A stretch of DNA of 23,025 nucleotides from Pseudomonadota bacterium (GTDB lineage: Bacteria; Bdellovibrionota_B; Oligoflexia; Oligoflexales; CAIMVM01): the NCBI GenBank assembly GCA_037142195.1, contig JBAXBA010000057.1, positions 1-23,025 on the forward strand, given 5' to 3'. Shown here in pieces: positions 15,827-23,025 of this stretch (positions are counted from its first letter, which is position 1; each line of letters begins with the position of its first letter). The notes beneath the pieces were generated by a model. That model was not told where the DNA came from and made no database searches. It saw nothing but the letters and a program-made list of their open reading frames with translations. The translations under genes and the position numbers were made by a program.

Positions 15827-18607
15827 CTAATGTGCTGGCAAATCAAACAATCCGCGGGGTTTAGCATGGTTTTGAGGCCGTAACAATTCTTTAAGCTCTG
15901 CCAGTTGATTTAAAGCCTGGAGGGGAGTCATTCGATTGAGATTTAATCCCTCCAGTTTTGAGATGAGCTTTGAGATTGATTCCTCCAACTCGCCTTCTGG
16001 TACTGCGATAACTTGGGAGTTATTTTTCTCTAAGCTTGCTGGTTTCTGTGGGCTTAAAGATTTCTTAAAGGGTTCTGAGCTATTAACAGGCATTTCCGTT
16101 AAAGGAAAATGGCCGCCCGTTTTGGATTCGTTTTGAGAAGAAGTCTCTAAAAACAACTTGGCACTGTTTAGCACATGTTCTGGCATTCCTGCCAACTTAG
16201 CGACCTCGATGCCAAAGGAGCTTTCGCTGGCACCAGGTATTAATCTGTGAGTGAAGTGAATTCCAGAATTCGTTTGTTCGACTTCTGTCTTTACAAGACG
16301 AACTCCAGCTAACTGTCCTGCTACGGGCACCAACTCATGGTAATGGGTCGCAAACAAGCACCATGATTGTAAGCGCCTTGCAATATCTTCTAGAATGGCA
16401 GATGCGATAGCCAGACCGTCTTGGGTTGATGTACCTCTTCCCACTTCATCTAAGATGACAAGGCTTTTTTCTGTAGCTTGCCTTAGAATCAAACTGGCTT
16501 CATTCATCTCTACCATAAAAGTAGATTGGCCACTGGCTAGATCATCGCTCGCGCCGACTCTCGTAAAAATCTGGTCAAAGACCGGCAAATGGGCCTTTAC
16601 AGCAGGTACGAATGCCCCGATTTGACAGAGTATTGCGGAAACGGCAACTTGTCGCATGACGGTAGATTTTCCGGCCATATTTGGCCCCGTGATCAAAAGC
16701 AGTTTCTTGTCTGGAGTGAGTTCTATGTGATTAGGAACATACTTACTCCTTCCTAAAAAATGCTCCACTACCGGATGGCGACTGCCGGTGAGTAAAAGAC
16801 CTGTCTTTGGATTTAGGGTCGGACGTACAAAATCGTGCTTTAGGGCATGCCAGGCAAAACTTTGAATCAAATCCAATTCCCCAACAGCATCACCTAAGGC
16901 ATAAATCTCAGGCAAAAAAGCAGTGAGATCAGTCATGACATTTTCAAAAAGTATAGCTTCTCTTAAAATGGCCTGATCACGGGCGCTTGCCAGGGTTTCA
17001 TCCAGTTCTTTCAGTTCCATGGTTAAAAAACGCTCGCAGTTCACCATGGTCTGCCGTCTTATAAAGTGGGAAGGGACCTTTGAAAGATGGGATTTAGTGA
17101 CTTCTATAAGGAGTCCAAAGCTCTGATGACTTTTGATCTTAAGACTCGTGATGCCGGTCTCAAGCTTGAGCTTTTCTTCGTAAGCAAGAATTGCCCCTTC
17201 TCCGCCTCGAGCAAGCATAACTTTTTCATCAAGCAACGCATCAAAACCAGTTTTGAAAACATCACTGCCCTGGCCCATAAGTCCAGGCTCGTCTTTTAGA
17301 AAAGAAAATAAAGTTTCAAAGGTGGGCCTAGTTTTTAAAATAGCCTCTGAAATCCGGTTAAAAATAGGCGATAGGCGAGGTATCGTCTTCTCGGTAGCGA
17401 GGAGCCCAGAAAGCGTGCTTCTTACTTTTCCAAGTTCTATGGGAGACGCTCTTCTCGACTGAATTCGAGTGGCAATTCGACTTAAGTCGGCCGTCATTTT
17501 AAGATGACCTCGAAGTGCCAGTAACTTCGTTTCCCCCTCTGCCAAGAGAATATCAATGGCATCATGTCTCGTTTGAATGCTTTTCTCATTTGAAAAAGGA
17601 TGGGAGAAACTCCAACGTAGAAGGCGGCCACCCATGGGCGTAAGGGTTGCATTGACCGTGCGAAAGAGACTTCCCTCCGACTGCCGGCGTCTAGCGGTCT
17701 CAAAAATTTCTAAGTCTCTGATCGCAATATCGCTTAAGGCCATAGAGTCTTTTTCTTTTATGGGCCTCACCGTTAAAAACTGATCGACGGGAGCTTTTAG
17801 GCTGCGGAGATACACAAATAAAGCGCTCAGTAATGCTTTTCCACCGGGAACTTCGCCGCAAGGCTGTGACTTAAGGTTTTTGTCACCAAAAAGTTTAGAA
17901 AGTGTGACATTTTGCTCGGCTTCATCACGCAGAGCTGCTTCAGGAAGAGGGCTAAAAACCATTTTTTGATCGGAGTGCGACGCAGACAACATCTCTTTAA
18001 GTTTAGGTATCTGAAATCCTCTTGCTAGAATTTCCCTAGGGCGAAATAAGGAAATCTCTTTCAAGGCATCTTCTAAGGAACTAGCAGATCCGAGGCGAAG
18101 CTCTGAAGTGGAAACGTCGGCAACAGCCATAGCCCAATCTTTTAGCTTAGGATCTTGCCATAAAGCAAAAATGTAATTTTGGGAGTCGGAAGAAAGTCCT
18201 TCCAGCTCATCGATGCAACCTGGAGTTAGGACGCGGACAATGTCCCGCGCGACAAGTCCTTTTGTGGTGCTAGGATCTTCAATTTGATCGGCGATCGCAA
18301 TTTTATAGCCAAGACTTAATAGCTTTAACCAATACCCTTGAGCGGAATGGTGGGGAACTCCGCAAAAAAGAATCTTTTGTTTATCGCCACGTTCCCGTGA
18401 CGTTATAATAATGTCCAGCTTCGGCGCGACTTCTTCGGCGTCATCTCCAAAGATCTCATAAAAATCACCCATTCTAAAAAAAAGAATGGCGTCCTCAGCT
18501 TTATTTTTTAAGTCATAAAACTGGCGTAACATCGGGGTCATCGCAGCGATCTCTTGCTCAGTTGGTCGTGCCACAAAGCTCTCCTTACCAGAGATTAAAG
18601 CGGACAT
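15827..18607 (-). CDS. mutS: DNA mismatch repair protein MutS (MutS1)
   Basis: TPMLRQF, FFRMGDFYEIF (Phe-X-Glu), CGVP, TPMGGRLL, ITGPNMAGKSTVMRQ, FTRVGASDDLASGQSTFMVEM, ILDEVGRGTST, FATHYHEL, C-terminal MTPLQAL. Confidence 0.99.
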   Translation of the reverse strand: MSALISGKESFVARPTEQEIAAMTPMLRQFYDLKNKAEDAILFFRMGDFYEIFGDDAEEVAPKLDIIITSRERGDKQKILFCGVPHHSAQGYWLKLLSLGYKIAIADQIEDPSTTKGLVARDIVRVLTPGCIDELEGLSSDSQNYIFALWQDPKLKDWAMAVADVSTSELRLGSASSLEDALKEISLFRPREILARGFQIPKLKEMLSASHSDQKMVFSPLPEAALRDEAEQNVTLSKLFGDKNLKSQPCGEVPGGKALLSALFVYLRSLKAPVDQFLTVRPIKEKDSMALSDIAIRDLEIFETARRRQSEGSLFRTVNATLTPMGGRLLRWSFSHPFSNEKSIQTRHDAIDILLAEGETKLLALRGHLKMTADLSRIATRIQSRRASPIELGKVRSTLSGLLATEKTIPRLSPIFNRISEAILKTRPTFETLFSFLKDEPGLMGQGSDVFKTGFDALLDEKVMLARGGEGAILAYEEKLKLETGITSLKIKSHQSFGLLIEVTKSHLSKVPSHFIRRQTMVNCERFLTMELKELDETLASARDQAILREAILFENVMTDLTAFLPEIYALGDAVGELDLIQSFAWHALKHDFVRPTLNPKTGLLLTGSRHPVVEHFLGRSKYVPNHIELTPDKKLLLITGPNMAGKSTVMRQVAVSAILCQIGAFVPAVKAHLPVFDQIFTRVGASDDLASGQSTFMVEMNEASLILRQATEKSLVILDEVGRGTSTQDGLAIASAILEDIARRLQSWCLFATHYHELVPVAGQLAGVRLVKTEVEQTNSGIHFTHRLIPGASESSFGIEVAKLAGMPEHVLNSAKLFLETSSQNESKTGGHFPLTEMPVNSSEPFKKSLSPQKPASLEKNNSQVIAVPEGELEESISKLISKLEGLNLNRMTPLQALNQLAELKELLRPQNHAKPRGLFDLPAH

Positions 18608-18756
18608 TCTTCACATAATAGGATTTCATTGCAAGGCTTCTTTAAAGGCTGGTCTCCCCAGTTAAGGGACCTAAGATCCCTTCAAAAACGGCCCCAAGCT
18701 GCCGAGATTTAGTAGAGTCTTTCGAAGGTTATCTTAATTTCTGGCGGGAAGCAGGT

Positions 18757-19335
18757 TTATAAGTCCATGGCCCTAGATCGCATGAGGGCCAAGATCTTAA
18801 TCTGAGCCCGCGGATAGACGGACGCTAACTTCAAAAAAGTCCCGCCGCTGGTAAGGACATCGTCGATAAGTAGAAGGCGTCCGTCGCCAGGCTGAGCCAC
18901 TCGTTTTAATAGGTCCTTATGCTGAGTGACTCGCCGCCTTGAGGACTGCTTGAGAAAAGTCCGGCCGCAGGGTTCATAGCGCAGACCCTTGCCAAATCTT
19001 TGCGATAGGTAGTGACCTAAAACTCGGGGTGGATTTGATTTCAATTGCAACCAGCTGGAGAGACTCTGGGGGGCACATACAATGGTTTCACACCACGTAA
19101 CCACCTCGGTCCATTCGGCTTCACAGCTCTTTAAAGCCTCTAAAAGAGCGCTTTCAAAAACCGGAGATCCGGTCGCTTTATAAAGAATGAGCACTCTTTT
19201 TAAGGGCTCATCATAGCTATAGAGAGTAATGACATCTGAGGAGAGACTAGGAATCTTTTTAAGGGAGTCTAAGCAGTCCTGACACCAAACCTCTACGCTC
19301 CATCGAAATCGTTGACATCCTGGACAGTCCTGCAT
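18757..19335 (-). CDS. ComF family phosphoribosyltransferase-like protein (divergent)
   Basis: N-terminal CPGC...CQDC zinc-ribbon-like motif, YSYDEPLKRVLILYK, PRPP loop LLIDDVLTSGGT. ATG 19335 after GAGGAGG is preferred over GTG 19404. Confidence 0.78.
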   Translation of the reverse strand: MQDCPGCQRFRWSVEVWCQDCLDSLKKIPSLSSDVITLYSYDEPLKRVLILYKATGSPVFESALLEALKSCEAEWTEVVTWCETIVCAPQSLSSWLQLKSNPPRVLGHYLSQRFGKGLRYEPCGRTFLKQSSRRRVTQHKDLLKRVAQPGDGRLLLIDDVLTSGGTFLKLASVYPRAQIKILALMRSRAMDL

Positions 19336-19360
19336 AAAAAAATCAGCCTCCTCAGGCTGA
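19336..19360 (-). terminator. Intrinsic terminator-like hairpin containing the comF Shine-Dalgarno
   Basis: Minus strand TCAGCCT-GAGG-AGGCTGA-TTTTTTT-ATG. Confidence 0.65.
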
Positions 19361-19489
19361 CTATAGGAATTGGCATGGATATCGCAAGTCTTGAAATATC
19401 TCACGACACTGGAGAAACAGGGACTCAGTGATTTTTTCTTTCGAGCTTTAGCCGTAAAAATTCAAGAAATCCGAATAACCTTTCCACTT

Positions 19490-20668
19490 CTATTGGTAAC
19501 TAAGTCCTGATCTTTTAAACGCCATGGAATTGTCCGCAACTCGCTTCGCTATCCAATCTATCGCACACTTAGACCTTGCTCCGACATGATTTTCGCTGCA
19601 TTCACTGGACACTTCGCCGTTTCGCCCAGCTCCCTCATAATGGCTAAGATCCGAAATATAGAATGCTGAGGAGCTGTCATTACCCCATTTTGCGTTGGCA
19701 GGTGCGCCGGCCTTGCACGACTGAATAGGTACCATCCCATCGTTAGTAGTGTCAGTAAAGCCGAGTTTTTCATATGCTTTAACGTCGCCAGTTCGGTATA
19801 CCATCTCGCTTAAGGTGCCAAGCAATACAGAGATCAGGGGGTGGTGTAAACCCATTGGACTCGTACTACAGTGGACGCCAGCCGTATGCGTGCTCACTAA
19901 TTTTGCCAATATCCCAGATGCCAATGTTTCTTTAACGTTATTGCCTGGAGCGGTGCGTGGATCTAGATCTTTAGTCGCCTCCGTACGTAAATCTATAGGC
20001 TCAGAACCATGATCCTCATTTTTAACGTCTTTTTCATCCATACAAGCAGAAAAAATCGATGCAAGTTTTGCAAGAGGATGGCATGGGGTGCAACCCTGAG
20101 CCAGATAATAGGCTGCGGGAGAGCCAAGAAATGGTCCTTGAATCGCATAAAATTGGAAGTCACTTGGCAAAAAACCGCGTCGAATGGCGTTGGCGAGGAT
20201 ATTGTTGCCCATCGAATGCGCGAATACGTTGTGGGGATAAACGCCCCCAGTCATCGAGACGCCATTTTTGTCTTTACCCATCGCAAAGTTAGCGTATGCT
20301 TTTAGAACTTTATCATCACGCCAAGTCTGAAATTTAGTAGGAAAATCCCCATAAAGAAACTGCGTACACTTAACTTTGTGCCATCCCATTACATAATGTC
20401 CGTCCTTGTCCCTCTTGGTTCCCCAATAGTCTCCAAAAGGAAAGCTCCAGCTTTGCTTAGGCTCAGCATGAAGTCCAACTTTCTCAGGTGGTGCATTCTC
20501 TCCAGCCCCATGAAGGAACACACAGATCCGCTGTTCACTCGCGGCTTGAGATTTCTCTAAGTTTGAATTTTCACTACTATTCTGGGTGCGGCAGCTGACA
20601 CTAAAAATAAATAAAATCAAAGATGCATAGATTCTTAGTCCACCCAATAAAGAATAAAAATTTGTCAT
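19490..20668 (-). CDS. Secreted/lipoprotein alpha/beta-hydrolase (lipase-like), Cys-rich
   Basis: Lipobox-like FSVS-C; oxyanion CVFLHGAG; nucleophile AHSMG; QGPFLGSPAA; NDGMV (Asp); LSHY (His). ATG 20668 lies 7 nt after AGGAG. Confidence 0.8.
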   Translation of the reverse strand: MTNFYSLLGGLRIYASLILFIFSVSCRTQNSSENSNLEKSQAASEQRICVFLHGAGENAPPEKVGLHAEPKQSWSFPFGDYWGTKRDKDGHYVMGWHKVKCTQFLYGDFPTKFQTWRDDKVLKAYANFAMGKDKNGVSMTGGVYPHNVFAHSMGNNILANAIRRGFLPSDFQFYAIQGPFLGSPAAYYLAQGCTPCHPLAKLASIFSACMDEKDVKNEDHGSEPIDLRTEATKDLDPRTAPGNNVKETLASGILAKLVSTHTAGVHCSTSPMGLHHPLISVLLGTLSEMVYRTGDVKAYEKLGFTDTTNDGMVPIQSCKAGAPANAKWGNDSSSAFYISDLSHYEGAGRNGEVSSECSENHVGARSKCAIDWIAKRVADNSMAFKRSGLSYQ

Positions 20669-21365
20669 TCCCATACTCCTCATGGCGATTGGGGTTGCCA
20701 TCACCAGGTGCTATTAATTTTTAAAACGCAGCTCTTTAAAATGGAAAAAATTATACTAACAGGTTCTTGAATTTAAGTTTCTACAAAACTTTTAGTGTCA
20801 ATTCGAGCGTTTGCAACAATTTTTAATACTTAAGATTAGTTGAGCGCTCTTGTCTTGTCAACTTGCCAACATCTCAGGAACTGATACAGGCGCTTAGTTT
20901 ATTGCTCGTATGCATCCAACAGCCTATTAGTTTCTGCGTCTAGAGAGGTCTATTGCCGAAAAAACTTGTATACTGAGAAGTATCTGAGGTTTTTTGGTAC
21001 GCGCTTCTTCGAACACTTATATATAACCGCCAGCAAACCGGAGTGGACATTTTCTACATGTGTTGTTCTATTTCTTTAAGAGAAATCTTGCTAAGAATAA
21101 TTCTCTTTGCTCCATTTAGGAAATCGGTATGGATCAATTTAAGTTTTTATTTTGTCACAGCCAAGAATATCGAAGCTCGGCTTTAAAGGGATGTTGCACT
21201 TAGGGGAGAGGCTTATTCATAAGCAGCCCATAGAATCGTAGAGGTGTTCAGATGCTTTCAGAATTTAAGCCAACTTACAAAGAAGATTAAAGATTTCATT
21301 TTTTGCCAGATCTTTTTCGTATGAAATTTTTGACCCTTTTTTATGGTGTTGATGAATTACTTTTA

Positions 21366-21433
21366 TCTAGATTCATTAATTTGTATTTGAGCTTAATGAG
21401 AATCCATTCAAAATACAAATTAATGAATCTAGA
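21366..21433. repeat. Perfect 23-bp inverted repeat with a 22-nt spacer
   Basis: TCTAGATTCATTAATTTGTATTT (21366-21388) and AAATACAAATTAATGAATCTAGA (21411-21433). Confidence 0.95.
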
Positions 21434-21486
21434 CATACCCTGACGACGAATAAACAGGAAAAAGAAGTCTTCAAATCTTCATGGCT

Positions 21487-22380
21487 TTAGATTTTTGGCA
21501 TGCTTGCAGAAAAGAAATCAACAACCAGTTTTTCAGCAAGCTGCGTATTGAACTGCCAAGCTTTGGCGTGAACGTTGTCTTGAAAAAACCAAGTTTTAAT
21601 ACTGGGAGATGAATTTAATAGTTCTTCTGCATGGGAAAAAGGAACAATGGGATCCTGCGTAGCATGAAAAATCATGACGGGTCGAGGGGCTATTTTACCA
21701 ATATAGGATGCAGGATTCATATCACTTAGATGAGCTGATGTTCGAGCTTCAAAAAACCACAGTGCAAGGTCAACCAAGGGGAATCGGGGGATTTTAAACA
21801 TGCTTAATGCACCGAAAGCAATGACATCGGCGGCATTAGCATAGGAACCTTCAAAAATCCCTATTTCAATTCTAGGATCTAAAGCCATAGTGATAATGCC
21901 TGTAGCGGATCCCTGACTAAATCCAAGTAGGCCGATTTTTTGGGCGGCGCCTTTAGTTGATGCGAAATCAATGATCTTTAAAAGGTCTCTTCGCTCAAAA
22001 TAGTCCATGGAGTCAAAATGGCCTTGATCTGGATTAGAACTACGATAATCAAACGTCACGATGGAAAATCCAGCGTTGTGCAGTGCCTGTGCATATCTCA
22101 TTCCTTCTCGACGATCACCACCATGACCGTGAGACATGATGATAATTCCTCTTGAGGTCACCGCTGGAATCCACCAACCAGAAAGTTCTAGGGCATCTTC
22201 TTTTGCTACCTTGAAATTTTCAAAAGCCAAATTCTGCTCACTTGGTTCCCCACAATATACAAAGTGATCCTTCGTGCATGGAATCTTTTGCGGATACATA
22301 AGGACAGAGGATAGTATCCAGCCAGATCCCCCTAGGATCCCCAAGACACTCAAGAGTAAGATTTTAATTTTGGTTTTCAA
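21487..22380 (-). CDS. Alpha/beta fold hydrolase (serine aminopeptidase/S9-like) with N-terminal membrane anchor
   Basis: LSGWWIP, IMSHGHGG, FDYR, nucleophile GFSQG, IAPRPVMIFHATQDPIVP, His in NVHA; TTG start after AGGA. Confidence 0.88.
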   Translation of the reverse strand: MKTKIKILLLSVLGILGGSGWILSSVLMYPQKIPCTKDHFVYCGEPSEQNLAFENFKVAKEDALELSGWWIPAVTSRGIIIMSHGHGGDRREGMRYAQALHNAGFSIVTFDYRSSNPDQGHFDSMDYFERRDLLKIIDFASTKGAAQKIGLLGFSQGSATGIITMALDPRIEIGIFEGSYANAADVIAFGALSMFKIPRFPLVDLALWFFEARTSAHLSDMNPASYIGKIAPRPVMIFHATQDPIVPFSHAEELLNSSPSIKTWFFQDNVHAKAWQFNTQLAEKLVVDFFSASMPKI

Positions 22381-22846
22381 AAATGAGTCCTAAATGTGAG
22401 TGTTCATCATGTTACTACAAGATATGCAAAACCGCATCTGTATACATCCCGCGCTCCTCCAAAAAATAATCTTTCTCTGTTGTCAAATCGCTTGCCTGCA
22501 TTAATGCCTTGTGCCCCATGCCTAAATGACCATCGATTCTTAATCAGAGCAGATACTCTCGGTGATTTCTTAAGGATTTTCAAGAAACTTGTTAGCTTAG
22601 AACTAAACAAACATGAGTTTTGTCTTTTTAAATTTCATGAATTCTCCCATAGTAGCCAAGAAAAAAGCGATGGCCCAAAAAGCTAACAGGAATTCGCAAC
22701 ATGCATCAGAGGAATCCTCTCCTAAGGGCCGAGCGCTGATTTCTGCTTTGGGAGCAGCCAAGAAAGTGCCTTGTCCAGCCCCGTATGGCTTGACATTGAA
22801 TTGCGCAGTAAGTCCTGTCCCAAGTATCGTTTTGAAAGCGTATTTC

Positions 22847-23025
22847 TCAAATTCTCATTCCTCACTTACAATGCTGGCACTGAGTCACATCGACTTGGAA
22901 GACTTTAGCCAGCATTTTGCCCCAACTAGAGTTTTTGAGGGGGCTCTCGTCTGTACAGCCACTTTTGACGGGCCTGCCTTTCTTTTCCTCTGGCTTTAGA
23001 ACAATCTTACTGCGGCAAGGTGAGT
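22847..23025 (-). pseudogene. C-terminal remnant of an IS91/ISCR-family (Y2 rolling-circle) transposase with in-frame stops
   Basis: Manual translation from 23023: SPCRSKIVLKPEEKKGRPVKSGCTDESPLKNSSWGKMLAKVFQVDVTQCQHCK*GMRI*. This matches the family tail as I recall it, PNSxxR..IV...W..LLxRVFxxD...CxxCGGxMRI. TGA at 22864-22862 and 22849-22847. Confidence 0.75.

Noticed and set aside
1208..20560. Numerous short ORFs antisense to or nested in mnmE, jag, yidC, alr, glmS, pcrA, mutS and the hydrolase
   Set aside because: They overlap well-supported genes and have no motifs; treated as shadow ORFs.
22396..22999. ORFs 22396-22686(+), 22407-22610(-) and 22613-22999(+)
   Set aside because: No recognisable domains, they overlap one another, and the longest is antisense to the transposase remnant; not supportable as genes.

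Overview
Bacterial chromosomal window of moderate GC, most consistent with a Bdellovibrionota/Oligoflexia-like or deltaproteobacterial organism (inference from gene style, not proven). About 19 kb is housekeeping. The minus-strand rpmH-rnpA-yidD-yidC-jag-mnmE cluster is present (rpmH was missed by the ORF track), but without its usual neighbours dnaA and mnmG. Then come alr plus a VOC-family gene, a HEAT-repeat-like gene, an N-terminal-only glmU with glmS and pcrA/uvrD, an ftsB-like gene with a TPR lipoprotein, a one-cysteine (zinc-finger-less) dksA, mutS and a comF-like gene. The last ~3.5 kb looks accessory: a Cys-rich lipoprotein alpha/beta-hydrolase resembling a protist protein family, an AT-rich spacer with a perfect 23-bp inverted repeat, a second alpha/beta-hydrolase, and the broken 3' end of an IS91/ISCR-family transposase. 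The window opens inside a perfect 13-bp tandem repeat. No rRNA, tRNA or CRISPR array was found, and no complete novel multi-gene system is demonstrable. The best leads are the split GlmU, the protist-like hydrolase, the 1-Cys DksA, the GxxG-less Jag and several candidate regulatory structures.
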